DNA of 64,000 nt from an uncultured Arcobacter sp. (GCA_965140705.1 OZ223300.1:928001-992000); one strand, 5' to 3'. Counted from the stretch's first letter, positions 31,992 through 42,522 are shown. Numbers and translations: made by a program. The notes: generated by a model not told the origin, from the sequence alone.

Positions 31992-32100
31992 CTTTTTTAT
32001 CTTTCTTTTCTGAGTCATCAAAAAATATCATACTTTTGCCTATCATCATAAGTGTTGTTACTGTTCCAACTACTACATAAGCTACCCATGGTTCGTGCAT
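31984..32100 (-). CDS. Small membrane peptide (38 aa), below ORF-track cut-off
   Basis: MHEPWVAYVVVGTVTTLMMIGKSMIFFDDSEKKDKKDD*; stop overlaps the HD gene start (ATGATTAA). Confidence 0.62.
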   Translation of the reverse strand: MHEPWVAYVVVGTVTTLMMIGKSMIFFDDSEKKDKKDD

Positions 32101-32238
32101 TTTAGACTCTTTTTTTTTGTTTTGATTATCCCATAATATTGATAAATAGGTACTTAGAAAAAACTTTTATAATTTTTGACGCAAAATGCAAAATTAGATG
32201 TATAATTTTGAAAATTTATATAAGGAAAAAGAAAAATT

Positions 32239-33219
32239 ATGTCAACTCTGACAGTAAGCAACTATACTTTAAAACACTTTGATTTAAAAGCAAAAGATGA
32301 AATGACTAAGTATTTAAAACTAATAAATGTAGATGTTAGTGATTATACTTTTGCAGGTAACTATATTTGGTTATCAACAGCAACTGGATTTTATGCAATT
32401 GTAAATGATACTTTTTGTTTGTTTATTTTAAGTTCTGGTGAATTATCTATGCTTTTACCTCCAATTGGGAAAAAAGATAACACTTATGATGCGATGTTAC
32501 AATGCTTTGAAATAATGAATGCTCATAATAGTAATAGAAACTATTCAAAAATAGAGTATGTACATGAAGAATTATTGGAAGGGTTTGTTGATTATTTGGA
32601 AGAGGGTACTTTAGTATATGAGATGCTAAAAGATTTTATTATAGAAAAAAAACTTGTGGATTATATTTATAGAGTTGAAGACTTAATTGAATTAAAAGGT
32701 GATTCTTATAAATCAAAAAGGAATGAGATAAATAAATTTAAAAAGATTTATCCAGACCATAGAATAGAGATATTAGATAAAGAAAAACATGGTACGGAAG
32801 TATTAAGTTTATTTAACAAATGGGTAAAAGATAGAACAACTTATATGCCAAAAGAAGAAGTAGAAGTTTTCATGGATGGTATATATTTTGAAAGATTTGC
32901 TATAAAAAGATTGATAAATGATTATGATAACCTTGATATTATTGGACTTGTTATTTATATAAATGATGAAATAAAAGGTTTCACTGTAGGTGATCAAATA
33001 AATGAACAAACTGCAAGTGTGATTATTGAAAAAACAGATTTCGAAATACTTGGTTGTGCACAATTTATATTTAGAGAGTTCACAAAAATCTTAAAAGATA
33101 AATTTAATGTTGATTATATAAACGTAGGTGATGATATGGGATTTGAAAATTTAAAAAAAGTAAAAATGTCATACAGACCAAATAAGTTAGTACCAAAGTA
33201 TACTATTTACCAAAGATGA
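32239..33219 (+). CDS. Stand-alone DUF2156 (aminoacyl-transferase/LPG synthase C-terminal-like) protein
   Basis: SDYTFAGNYIW, DYIY..EDLIELKG..YKSKRNEIN, IEKTD, YINVGDDMGFENLKKVKMSYRP. Confidence 0.85.
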   Translation: MSTLTVSNYTLKHFDLKAKDEMTKYLKLINVDVSDYTFAGNYIWLSTATGFYAIVNDTFCLFILSSGELSMLLPPIGKKDNTYDAMLQCFEIMNAHNSNRNYSKIEYVHEELLEGFVDYLEEGTLVYEMLKDFIIEKKLVDYIYRVEDLIELKGDSYKSKRNEINKFKKIYPDHRIEILDKEKHGTEVLSLFNKWVKDRTTYMPKEEVEVFMDGIYFERFAIKRLINDYDNLDIIGLVIYINDEIKGFTVGDQINEQTASVIIEKTDFEILGCAQFIFREFTKILKDKFNVDYINVGDDMGFENLKKVKMSYRPNKLVPKYTIYQR

Positions 33220-33638
33220 AAATAGAAATTGCAAAAACTTCTGATATAAAAGAGCTTCTTTTTATAGAAGAAGAACTTTTTTTTGGAGATAGTGCTGCTT
33301 TAACTAAGGCAGCTTTTAACTATCATTTAAAAAGAAATATAGTTTATAAGTTAGTAATTGATGAAAAAACTGTGGCTTATATTTTATGGCTTAAAAGAAA
33401 AAATCATTATAGACTTTATTCCCTTGCTATTTTAAAAGATTTTCAAGGAAAAGGTTTAGGTAAGTTTTTATTGGAGTTTTCTTTAAATAATTTAGATAAA
33501 CATATTTTTGAACTTGAAGTGAGAGTTAGTAATTTACCAGCTATAAAATTATATGAAAAGTTTGGATTTGAAAAAGTAAAGATTTTAGAAAAATTTTATG
33601 ATGATGAAGATGGAATGAAGATGAGACTAAAGAGATAA
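33216..33638 (+). CDS. RimI-like GNAT N-acetyltransferase
   Basis: YSLAI...FQGKGLG, LEVRVSN..AIKLYEKFGF; ATGA overlap with DUF2156 gene. Confidence 0.88.
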   Translation: MKIEIAKTSDIKELLFIEEELFFGDSAALTKAAFNYHLKRNIVYKLVIDEKTVAYILWLKRKNHYRLYSLAILKDFQGKGLGKFLLEFSLNNLDKHIFELEVRVSNLPAIKLYEKFGFEKVKILEKFYDDEDGMKMRLKR

Positions 33639-33649
33639 CTCTTTAGTCT
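33624..33649. terminator. Hairpin between convergent GNAT and rpiB
   Basis: AGACTAAAGAG-ATAA-CTCTTTAGTCT. Confidence 0.65.
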
Positions 33650-34099
33650 TTAAGCTCTACAGCTACCAAAAAGCTTGTTTATTTTTTCAACTCTACCTTC
33701 ATGTCTTCCACCTTGGAAAGTCGCCTTATCCCAAGCCTCAACAATAGCTTCTACCATTCCTAATCCTGAAACTCTTTCCCCTAGGCAAATTACATTCGCA
33801 TCATTGTGCTCCCTTGCCATTTGTGCAGAGTATTCATTGTGACAAAGGGCTGCTCTAATGCCATCAAATTTATTAGCAGCCATACTCATACCAATACCAG
33901 ATCCACAGATTAATATACCTTTTGAACCCTCATTTGCTAAAACTTCTTTACAAACTTTAGCTGCAAAATCAGGATAATCAACTCTATCTTTATTATCTGG
34001 TCCTAAGTCAATTACTTCATGACCTTTTGCTTCAAAAAGCTCTTTTACATATGCTTTTATATCAATACCTGCATGATCTGCACCAATAAAATATTTCAT
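33650..34099 (-). CDS. rpiB: Ribose-5-phosphate isomerase B
   Basis: GADHAG, VDYPD, CGSGIG, HNDANV, GGRH. Confidence 0.97.
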   Translation of the reverse strand: MKYFIGADHAGIDIKAYVKELFEAKGHEVIDLGPDNKDRVDYPDFAAKVCKEVLANEGSKGILICGSGIGMSMAANKFDGIRAALCHNEYSAQMAREHNDANVICLGERVSGLGMVEAIVEAWDKATFQGGRHEGRVEKINKLFGSCRA

Positions 34100-34884
34100 T
34101 AGTAAATTCCTTTTTCGTGATTGATTTTGAACTCTTTGCCTTCCATATCTTTTTCTATACTTCCAACTGTTCTAAAAACTCTATCCCATCTAACTTCTTT
34201 ATTTTTGTCCCAAGAAAAATAGATGAACCATGGAGTCCCTACTATATATTTATACTTAACTGTTCCCCAAAATCTTGAATCATTTGAGTGGTCTCTATTA
34301 TCACCCATCATAAAATATTGATTAGCTGGAACTTTTATTGGAGACATGTTAAATAGTTGTTGTGGATTAAGTCCATTATCTGTTACACTTGGGTCATTGT
34401 GAATACCAGGATGATCTTTTCTATATGGATTTTTTATCCAAAGTTTTCCATCAAATTCTGATATTTGTGTTATTGGGTAATTCTTCTTAACATATTCATT
34501 CCCTTCATGTGGATGTAGATATAATACTTTGTCTTGAAGCGCAACTATATCTCCACCAACTGCAACACATCTTTTTACATAATGAACTGTTTCTTCATTT
34601 GGATATCTAAATACAACAATATCTCCACGTTTTGGACCATCACCTGTGATTAAGTGCCCATTATCATGAAACTCTGGAAGTATTTTTACCTCTAACCAAG
34701 GAATTCTTGGTGTTGGGATACCATATGAAAATTTTTTTACAAAAAGCATATCACCAATAAGAAGTGTATTTTTCATACTACCACTTGGGATTACAAATGC
34801 TTGTGCAACAAAGAATATGATACATAAAACAATTACAATTGTACCAGTCCAAGAACTAGACCAGTTATATATTTTTTTTAACAT
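34099..34884 (-). CDS. lepB: Signal peptidase I
   Basis: IPSGSM, YVKR, MGDNRDHSNDSRFWG. Confidence 0.97.
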   Translation of the reverse strand: MLKKIYNWSSSWTGTIVIVLCIIFFVAQAFVIPSGSMKNTLLIGDMLFVKKFSYGIPTPRIPWLEVKILPEFHDNGHLITGDGPKRGDIVVFRYPNEETVHYVKRCVAVGGDIVALQDKVLYLHPHEGNEYVKKNYPITQISEFDGKLWIKNPYRKDHPGIHNDPSVTDNGLNPQQLFNMSPIKVPANQYFMMGDNRDHSNDSRFWGTVKYKYIVGTPWFIYFSWDKNKEVRWDRVFRTVGSIEKDMEGKEFKINHEKGIY

Positions 34885-35745
34885 TTATTTACTTTCTCTT
34901 TTATCTCTTAACTTTGCAGCTTTTAGAGTATTTTTTAATAACATACCAATAGTCATAGGTCCAACTCCACCAGGAACTGGTGTAATAAATGAGCATTTTT
35001 CTTTACAATCTTCAAAATCAGCATCACCTGTTAATTTACCAGTATCAAGTCTATTAATACCAACATCAATAACAACTGCACCATCTTTTATCATATCAGC
35101 TTTTAGTAAATGTGGAACACCAACAGCAATTATAACAATATCTGCTTCTTTTGTGTGAGCTTTTAAATCTTTTGTTCGTGAGTTACAAACAGTTACTGTA
35201 GCTTTTGCATTGATTAAAAGTGAAGCCATTGGTTTACCAACAATATCACTACTTCCAATTACTACTACATTTTTACCACTTAATTCTATATTATACTCTT
35301 CAAACATTCTCATAACACCAAAAGGAGTTGCAGGTAAAAATGAATCAAGATTTGAAACCATTCTTCCTACATTGTATGGGTGAAAACCATCCACATCTTT
35401 TAGGGGATTAATTGCTTCTAAAACAGTTGTTGTGTCAATATGTTTTGGAAGTGGTAATTGAACTAAGATACCATCAAGTTTTGGGTTATTGTTCATTTCA
35501 TCAATTAGAGTTAATAACTCTTCTTGTGTAGTTGATTCATCTTTTGTGTGAACTTCAGAATAAATACCTGCTGCTTCACATGATTTATGTTTACTATTTA
35601 CATAAGTTGCACTTGCTGGATCATTACCTACTAATACAACTGCAAGTCCTGGAGTGATTTGTTTATCTTTTACAAGTTGAGAAACTTCAACTTTAACTTC
35701 TTCTTTTATTTTTGCTGATAATGCTTTACCATCTAATATAACCAT
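34885..35745 (-). CDS. folD: Methylene-THF dehydrogenase/cyclohydrolase
   Basis: VQLPLP, KDVDGF, TPVPGGVGPMT. Confidence 0.97.
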   Translation of the reverse strand: MVILDGKALSAKIKEEVKVEVSQLVKDKQITPGLAVVLVGNDPASATYVNSKHKSCEAAGIYSEVHTKDESTTQEELLTLIDEMNNNPKLDGILVQLPLPKHIDTTTVLEAINPLKDVDGFHPYNVGRMVSNLDSFLPATPFGVMRMFEEYNIELSGKNVVVIGSSDIVGKPMASLLINAKATVTVCNSRTKDLKAHTKEADIVIIAVGVPHLLKADMIKDGAVVIDVGINRLDTGKLTGDADFEDCKEKCSFITPVPGGVGPMTIGMLLKNTLKAAKLRDKRESK

Positions 35746-35815
35746 CTAGTTACCTTATAACTGTTTAATTTTAGCTTGATATAATACCCAAAAACTTTTT
35801 ATACAAAGGTTAAGT

Positions 35816-36178
35816 TTGAGATTAGTTAGTTTTGCGATTATCTTTTTATTTGTAAATATATGTTTTGCAAAGGATATTATAAATAACTCTTTTATCACAG
35901 AATATGAATATGGTGCAATGTTATATGCAAATCCTAGGGGAATAGGGTGTAATAAATGTCATGGAGATGGAGATAAAAGTCTTGTAATTGCAAGATATAA
36001 AGATAAAAAAAATAGAACAAAAACATTAATAGCACCTGCCATTAAAAATGTTCCTTTTGAAAAATATGTTGATGTTTTAACTACAAAAAGAGGTAGTTCA
36101 AATATCATGCCTTCGTACTTTTTAACTAATGATGAAATAAAATCAATTTATTTTTATGTGAGAAACTTAAAAAAATAG
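35816..36178 (+). CDS. Monohaem c-type cytochrome
   Basis: Signal peptide, CNKCH, distal IMP methionine. Confidence 0.88.
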   Translation: MRLVSFAIIFLFVNICFAKDIINNSFITEYEYGAMLYANPRGIGCNKCHGDGDKSLVIARYKDKKNRTKTLIAPAIKNVPFEKYVDVLTTKRGSSNIMPSYFLTNDEIKSIYFYVRNLKK

Positions 36179-36250
36179 CTTACAACTTAAAGAAAGTTTA
36201 AACAATACTTTTGTATAATCCCCAACTTTAAATTAAAATAAGGAATTAAA

Positions 36251-36787
36251 ATGTTAGAGGGTATCGTAAGAGATAGTATAACTAAGCAAAATGCTAAACA
36301 ACTTAAAAGAGATGGTTACATTTTAGCAAATATCTATGGAAAAGGTGTTGAAAATATCAATGCTGCATTTAAAAGAAATGATTTCGTTAGATTTTTAAAA
36401 AATAAAACAACAGTTGCATTTGATGTAAAAGTTGGTGATACAGTTTGTAAAGTGGTTGTAAAAGAGTACCAAAAAGCACCTATTACTTCTGAATTATTAC
36501 ATGTAGATTTAATGATGGCTTTACCAGGTGTTAGATCTAATTATTTAGTACCAGTAACTGTTTCTGGAACTCCAAAAGGTTTAAAAAACAAAGGTCTTTT
36601 TGTTTTCCATAAAAAAAGAGTTGCAGTAAAATGTACAATTGAAAACTTACCAGAAAATTTCCATATTGAAATTGCTGATTTAGATACTGGTGATAACGTT
36701 TTAGTAAGAAACTTAACTATGCCAGAAGGTGTAGATTGTTATTTAGACCCAAGAGTACCAATCGTTGGTGTAATTAAAGCTAAGTAG
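36251..36787 (+). CDS. rplY: 50S ribosomal protein L25/Ctc
   Basis: ANIYGKG, HVDL, GTPKGLK; upstream of pth. Confidence 0.95.
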   Translation: MLEGIVRDSITKQNAKQLKRDGYILANIYGKGVENINAAFKRNDFVRFLKNKTTVAFDVKVGDTVCKVVVKEYQKAPITSELLHVDLMMALPGVRSNYLVPVTVSGTPKGLKNKGLFVFHKKRVAVKCTIENLPENFHIEIADLDTGDNVLVRNLTMPEGVDCYLDPRVPIVGVIKAK

Positions 36788-36793
36788 TAAAAT

Positions 36794-37345
36794 ATGTTTT
36801 TAATAGTAGGACTTGGAAATCCAGGGACTAAATATGAAAACAATCGCCACAATGTAGGTTTTTTAGTTATTGATGAGATAGCTAAAAAACTTACAACTTC
36901 AAATATAAATAAATCAAACTTCAACGCAGATGTTTTAAAAGCATCAAATCAACTTTTAGTAAAACCAACAACTTATATGAATAATTCAGGATTAGCAGTT
37001 CATGCAATCAAAGAATATTATAAATTAAATCTTGAAGATATAATTGTTATACATGATGATTTGGATTTACCTTTTGGAACTGTAAAGTTCAAAATAGGTG
37101 GTGGTCATGGTGGTCATAATGGTTTGAGATCAATAGATGCTCATGTTGGAAATATGTATACTAGGGTTCGAATAGGTATTGGAAAACCTCAAAATAAAAA
37201 TGATGTTGCTAATTATGTATTATCGGACTTTTCAAAAGAAGAATTAAATAAATTAGAAGGTATAATCTCTCATACTATCAATGCTATAGAATCGTTAAAA
37301 GTAGATTCAATAGATGAAGTAAAATCTAAATTTACAATGAAATAA
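36794..37345 (+). CDS. pth: Peptidyl-tRNA hydrolase
   Basis: VGLGNPG, RHNVGF, GGHNGL. Confidence 0.97.
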   Translation: MFLIVGLGNPGTKYENNRHNVGFLVIDEIAKKLTTSNINKSNFNADVLKASNQLLVKPTTYMNNSGLAVHAIKEYYKLNLEDIIVIHDDLDLPFGTVKFKIGGGHGGHNGLRSIDAHVGNMYTRVRIGIGKPQNKNDVANYVLSDFSKEELNKLEGIISHTINAIESLKVDSIDEVKSKFTMK

Positions 37346-38416
37346 ATGAGAATAATAACAAAATATTTACTACGAAAATTTATTAGAAATTTTGTCATAG
37401 TTTTGATATCTTTACAAATATTTTTTGTGGGGATTGATTTCTTACAAAATTTTGATGAAGTTCCAAATTCTGCCAATTTACAACTATTATATATTTTATA
37501 TAATAGTTTTTTTACACTAACACTTACTTTACCTTTATCTCTAGTTTTTGGTTGGATTATAACTATTGTTATTATGGTTAAAACAAATGAAATGGTGGCT
37601 TCATTCTCTTTAGGTGTTGGAAATAGACAAATTTTTATGCCAGTCGTTAATGTATCAATTATTCTAATAGTTTTATTAATAGGCTTTCAAATGACTCCTT
37701 TAGCCTATTCATATGAGTATAAAGAAAAGATTTTAAAAAATACCTATTTTACAAGTTCGAAAAGTGATATATTTGTTAAATATAATGATTATTTTGTATA
37801 TTTTAAGAAGCTTTATCCTTTACAAAAATATGCTGAAGATATTCATATTTATAAAGTTGTAGATGATGATATAGAAGAGGGAATTGTTGCAAAGAAAGCA
37901 TATTTCCAAAATAATAGATGGTACATAATTGATGCAAGAATTACCAAAAAACCAAAAGTTATAAACTGGAATAATTCAAAAATAGAGATTCATCACGAAA
38001 AATTTCTATACACATTAGAAGGATTTAAACCTAAAATTTTAGATAGTGTTTATGAATCAACATCCTCTTTTTCAATTCTTGATGCGATTACTGCCTTGAC
38101 ACTTTTAAATAATCAAGAAGTTAACACAAGTAAAATAAGGGCATCTTTGTATTATGAAATAGTTGCACCTTTATATTTTGTACCATTGATAATTTTGATA
38201 TTCTCATATACTTCTTTTAACAGTAGATTTTTTAATATAGGTAAATTTACTTCATTTTCTATTGCAGCTACATTAGTAATTTGGGGAGTGTTCTTTATGC
38301 TTCATAAATTTTCATCAGGAGGAGTATTAAATCCTGAGATTTCAATATTATTGCCAATATTTTTATGGTATATTATTACGTACATTTTAATTAAGAAACA
38401 AATAGGTTATAAATAA
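37346..38416 (+). CDS. LptF/LptG-family LPS export permease
   Basis: 3+3 TM architecture with periplasmic middle, NEMVA motif; follows pth as in relatives. Confidence 0.85.
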   Translation: MRIITKYLLRKFIRNFVIVLISLQIFFVGIDFLQNFDEVPNSANLQLLYILYNSFFTLTLTLPLSLVFGWIITIVIMVKTNEMVASFSLGVGNRQIFMPVVNVSIILIVLLIGFQMTPLAYSYEYKEKILKNTYFTSSKSDIFVKYNDYFVYFKKLYPLQKYAEDIHIYKVVDDDIEEGIVAKKAYFQNNRWYIIDARITKKPKVINWNNSKIEIHHEKFLYTLEGFKPKILDSVYESTSSFSILDAITALTLLNNQEVNTSKIRASLYYEIVAPLYFVPLIILIFSYTSFNSRFFNIGKFTSFSIAATLVIWGVFFMLHKFSSGGVLNPEISILLPIFLWYIITYILIKKQIGYK

Positions 38417-38859
38417 TGGCAAAAAAATATGCTTATGGTATATGTTTATATAAAATAGAAGAAAATGATATTAAAATATTATTATGTAAGTCGGTTAAAA
38501 GCTTCAATAAGTGGGGTTGTTTAAAAGGTGTAAAAACAAGTAATGAGACAGCTTTAGAGTGTGCTAAAAGAGAATTTTATGAAGAGTGTAATATCAAAGT
38601 AGAAATTTCTGATTTTGAAAATTTCTTTGACCAGATTAATATTGAAAAGGATATTGGGATATGGTTAGTAAATGCTAATAAAATTCCAAATTTAGATGAG
38701 TATTTTTTTGAAGATAAACTTTTGGATAATAATTTATCTTGGGAAAACTCAAAGGTAAAATTCTTTTCTATTTATGATTTACCAAATATTAGAACAAAAC
38801 AAAGTAAGTTAATTTCAAAGATTATTGATTTTTTGCAAAGTAAGAATCAACTCCATTAG
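38416..38859 (+). CDS. NUDIX hydrolase
   Basis: KGVKTSNETALECAKREFYEE Nudix box. Confidence 0.85.
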   Translation: MAKKYAYGICLYKIEENDIKILLCKSVKSFNKWGCLKGVKTSNETALECAKREFYEECNIKVEISDFENFFDQINIEKDIGIWLVNANKIPNLDEYFFEDKLLDNNLSWENSKVKFFSIYDLPNIRTKQSKLISKIIDFLQSKNQLH

Positions 38860-40174
38860 CAATACCTTTTGCTAAAGTTCTTTGATAAGAAGTTTGAAAT
38901 AATCTTCTACCTTCTGTACTATTTGTTATATATCCAAGTTCGATGAGAATTGAGGGCATTTGTGCTCCAACAAGAACCCAAAAAGGTCCTTCTCTAACTC
39001 CACCATCCTCTATATCTTTATACATCTTTCTTGCTGTATATAATAAGTTTTGTTGTACATCAATTCCTAGTTTTTGGCTTGAAGTAATTTTACTTTGGTT
39101 TAAAATAGTTAAAAGTGCATTTTGTGAGCTATTATTCATACTAGACATATCTGATTTATTCTCTATAGCTGCAATTCTTTTTGCTCTTGAACTTCTAGCT
39201 GGGCTTAGAAAGAAGGTCTCAATTCCCTTAGCTTTTTGCCATTGAGCTTTTGGTACTGCATTTGCATGAATAGATATAAATATATCAGCATTTTTTCTAT
39301 TTGCAAATTTTGTTCTATCTCTTAATTCTATAAATTTATCTTTATTTCTTGTTAAATAAACTGCATAGCCTCTTTTTTTTAAATCATAGTATAAATATTT
39401 TCCTACCGATAAAACAGCATTTTTTTCATATCTTTTTTTTACTCCTATTGCACCTGAGTCTTTTCCCCCATGTCCTGGATCAATAACTATAATTTTATCT
39501 TTATTATTTTGTATTATTGGAAGAGCTTTTGTATTAGTAGTTTTTTCTACTTTTCTATTTAGAACTTTTATAATAACTCTTTTTTTATTTATAATATATA
39601 TTGCTTTTAAATTGAAACTATTTATAAGTTCTATTCTTAGTGTTCTATATTTGTATTGGGTGATTCTAATTCTATCAACACCATTCATTACTAATTTTGT
39701 GGGAGAGGCATCTTTAAATCTTCCATCAAAATCAAAAATATCATAATATTTGGCACCTCTTTTTTCTTCTGTATAATGAATGTAGTCTTTTTTAATATAG
39801 TGTTTAAAGTCAATAATAATTTGATTATCTTCTACAGTTACTTTACTTATATTATATGCAGAGTTTTTATATGTAGTTGTTTTTTTTTCAGGAGTAGTGC
39901 TTTTTTTTGCAACTTTTTTTGTTGTACTCTTTTTAGGTGTAGTTTTTACTGAAGCTAATTTAATTAGTTCTTTTTCATATGTGCTAACATTTCTATTTAA
40001 TTTTTTACCTATTTTAACTAGGTTTTCTAAATGTTGCTTCTCACTTTTTTTGTCATTATTTAAGACAGCTCTTAAATAATCCATTTTATTTGAAGTGTAT
40101 TGATTTGTTAAATCACTTGTTGAAGCAAAAAGATTATAAGTAAGTAAGACTAGAAGAATAAATTTAATAAAAAT
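38822..40174 (-). CDS. amiA: N-acetylmuramoyl-L-alanine amidase (start extended to ATT at 40174)
   Basis: IDPGHGGKDSGA, ISIHANA, LIELGY; an in-frame signal peptide lies upstream of the ORF-track Met at 40084. Confidence 0.92.
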   Translation of the reverse strand: MFIKFILLVLLTYNLFASTSDLTNQYTSNKMDYLRAVLNNDKKSEKQHLENLVKIGKKLNRNVSTYEKELIKLASVKTTPKKSTTKKVAKKSTTPEKKTTTYKNSAYNISKVTVEDNQIIIDFKHYIKKDYIHYTEEKRGAKYYDIFDFDGRFKDASPTKLVMNGVDRIRITQYKYRTLRIELINSFNLKAIYIINKKRVIIKVLNRKVEKTTNTKALPIIQNNKDKIIVIDPGHGGKDSGAIGVKKRYEKNAVLSVGKYLYYDLKKRGYAVYLTRNKDKFIELRDRTKFANRKNADIFISIHANAVPKAQWQKAKGIETFFLSPARSSRAKRIAAIENKSDMSSMNNSSQNALLTILNQSKITSSQKLGIDVQQNLLYTARKMYKDIEDGGVREGPFWVLVGAQMPSILIELGYITNSTEGRRLFQTSYQRTLAKGIANGVDSYFAKNQ

Positions 40175-40175
40175 T

Positions 40176-41252
40176 TTATTCTCCTTTTGTCAATTTTTCC
40201 ATAAGTTCATGAACTGTTGTCAACTCTTTAATTCTATATCCATTTGAACCTGAAAAAAACAATCCAGTATCAGTATCTCCTTGGTAAGCAGCTCCAAGTC
40301 TGTCTGCAATACAATATCCAACAGCTTTAGCTTCTACCCCTCTATGACATGGAGCAACACAATTTGAAATACAAACAACCTTTGGAGCTGTTCCCTCACT
40401 CATAGATTTTTGTAAGTTAGTTTGAACTCCACGTGCAGGAAGACCAACTGGTGATTTCATAAGCTGTATATCTTCAGATTTTGCATTAATGATAACTTCT
40501 TTAAAAGAATCAGCAGCATCACACTCTACAGTTCCTATAAATCTAGTTGCCATTTGAACACCTGCACAACCCATAGCAATGAATTTATCTATATCATTTT
40601 TATCCCAAATTCCACCTGCTGCAATAATAGGAGGATTTCCCCAGTTCTTTGCCTCTTCAATAACTGGTGGCACGATATTCTCTAATTTATATTCTTCTTG
40701 AAAACATTGTTCATAAGTAAAACCTTGATGTCCACCACTTAATGGTCCTTCAACAATTACAGCATCAGGAAGTTTATCGTATCTTTTCCATTTTTTACAA
40801 ATAAGCTTTAATGCTCTTGCACTTGATACAATTGGTATTAGTGCTACATCTGGATAGTTTTTTGTAAATGCAGGCATATTTGTAGGAATTCCTGCACCTG
40901 TAATAATAATATTTATTCCTGCCTCACAAGCATCTTCTACTATTCGTCCATAGTCATTACATGCATATAAAATATTACAAGCCAAGGGTGCATCACCACA
41001 GATTTTTCTTGCATTATCAATTATTCTTTTTAAAGCATCTTTGCTGTAAAAATTCATAACATCAACAGGTTTGTCTTTTTTCATTTTTATATCAAGGCTT
41101 TCATTTTCTTTGTAATATCCTGTTCCCACACCTGATATTACACCCAAGCCGCCTTCTTTACTTACTGTTCCTGCTAATTTATCCCAGCTTATTCCAACAC
41201 CCATTCCACCTTGAATAATGTTGTGTTTAATTTCGTATTTACCTATTTTCAA
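40176..41252 (-). CDS. fabX: Nitronate monooxygenase-family FMN/Fe-S protein, FabX-like
   Basis: IQGGMGVG, EGPLSGGH, CISNCVAPC...YCI cluster; same tyrS-X-amiA position as H. pylori fabX. Confidence 0.8.
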   Translation of the reverse strand: MKIGKYEIKHNIIQGGMGVGISWDKLAGTVSKEGGLGVISGVGTGYYKENESLDIKMKKDKPVDVMNFYSKDALKRIIDNARKICGDAPLACNILYACNDYGRIVEDACEAGINIIITGAGIPTNMPAFTKNYPDVALIPIVSSARALKLICKKWKRYDKLPDAVIVEGPLSGGHQGFTYEQCFQEEYKLENIVPPVIEEAKNWGNPPIIAAGGIWDKNDIDKFIAMGCAGVQMATRFIGTVECDAADSFKEVIINAKSEDIQLMKSPVGLPARGVQTNLQKSMSEGTAPKVVCISNCVAPCHRGVEAKAVGYCIADRLGAAYQGDTDTGLFFSGSNGYRIKELTTVHELMEKLTKGE

Positions 41253-41261
41253 ATTAGCCCT

Positions 41262-42470
41262 TTATATTATTACTATCTTAGCGAAACTTTTTTTACCCTT
41301 TTGTAAAATGTATTCACCTTTTGATAAATTTAATTTATCATCATCAATTTTTTCTTGATTAACTTTAACAGCACCTGCTTTTATATCTCTTCTTGCTTGT
41401 GATGTTGAAGTAACTAAATTAGTATCAACTAATGCTTGACAAATCCAGGTATTAACTTCAAGTTTAAACTCTGGAATATCAGTTGGGATATCTTTTTTGG
41501 CAAAAACTTTTTTAAATTCATCTTGAGCTTTTAATCCTGCCCCTTTTCCATGATATCTATCAACAATTTCTACTGCCAATGAATCTTTTACATTTTTTGG
41601 ATGAATTGTACCATTTTCTACACCATCTTTTAACTCTTTTATCTCTTTTAATGATTTAGATGAAAGAAGTTCAAAATATCTCCACATAAGTTCATCTGAT
41701 ATAGATAATACTTTTCCAAACATATTATTAGCTTCATCCGTTACACCAATATAATTATTTAAGGATTTTGACATTTTTTGAACTCCGTCAAGTCCTTCTA
41801 AAATTGGCATCATTAATACTGCTTGTTGTTTTCCAATATTGTAGGCTTTTTGTAAAGTTCTACCCATAAGAAGGTTGAACTTTTGGTCAGTTCCCCCAAC
41901 TTCAATATCTGATTTTAAGTGAACTGAATCATAACCTTGAAGTAGGGGATATGTGAACTCGCTTACTGCAATTGGAGTATTTGATGCATATCTTTTTGCA
42001 AAATCATCTCTTTCTAACATTCTTGCTACTGTTAAATTTGAAGCAAGTGCAATTAATCCAGCAGCACCTAAATCATTTAACCAGTTTGAATTAAAAACTA
42101 CTTCTGTTTTACTTTCATCTAATATTTTAAAAACTTGGTCTTTATAACTTTGAGCATTTTGTAAAACTTGTTCTTTTGATAGTACTTTTCTTGTTTCACT
42201 TTTACCAGTAGGATCTCCAATACTTGCTGTGAAATCACCTATTAAAAATTGAACAATTCCTCCAAATTTTTGGAAAATTGATAATTTTTGAAGAAGAACT
42301 GTATGTCCAAGGTGTAAATCAGGAGCTGTTGGATCAAATCCTGCTTTTACATAAAAATTTTCACCTTTTTCATAATAGTTTCTTAATAGTTTTTCAATTG
42401 ACTCTATATCAATTATTTCAAAGCTACCTCTTTGAATTTCTGCTAATGCTTCTTTTATCTTATTTTCCAT
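41262..42470 (-). CDS. tyrS: Tyrosine--tRNA ligase
   Basis: [19 protein letters not shown]4 domain. Confidence 0.97.
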   Translation of the reverse strand: MENKIKEALAEIQRGSFEIIDIESIEKLLRNYYEKGENFYVKAGFDPTAPDLHLGHTVLLQKLSIFQKFGGIVQFLIGDFTASIGDPTGKSETRKVLSKEQVLQNAQSYKDQVFKILDESKTEVVFNSNWLNDLGAAGLIALASNLTVARMLERDDFAKRYASNTPIAVSEFTYPLLQGYDSVHLKSDIEVGGTDQKFNLLMGRTLQKAYNIGKQQAVLMMPILEGLDGVQKMSKSLNNYIGVTDEANNMFGKVLSISDELMWRYFELLSSKSLKEIKELKDGVENGTIHPKNVKDSLAVEIVDRYHGKGAGLKAQDEFKKVFAKKDIPTDIPEFKLEVNTWICQALVDTNLVTSTSQARRDIKAGAVKVNQEKIDDDKLNLSKGEYILQKGKKSFAKIVII

Positions 42471-42522
42471 AATACCTCTTTAAATAATCGCTTATTATAC
42501 TTTTTATTTATTAAATAAAAAT

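Noticed and set aside
32110..32118. T9 tract upstream of the small ORF as a phase-variation site
   Set aside because: A/T runs of this length are common in this AT-rich sequence; no long poly-G/C tracts seen
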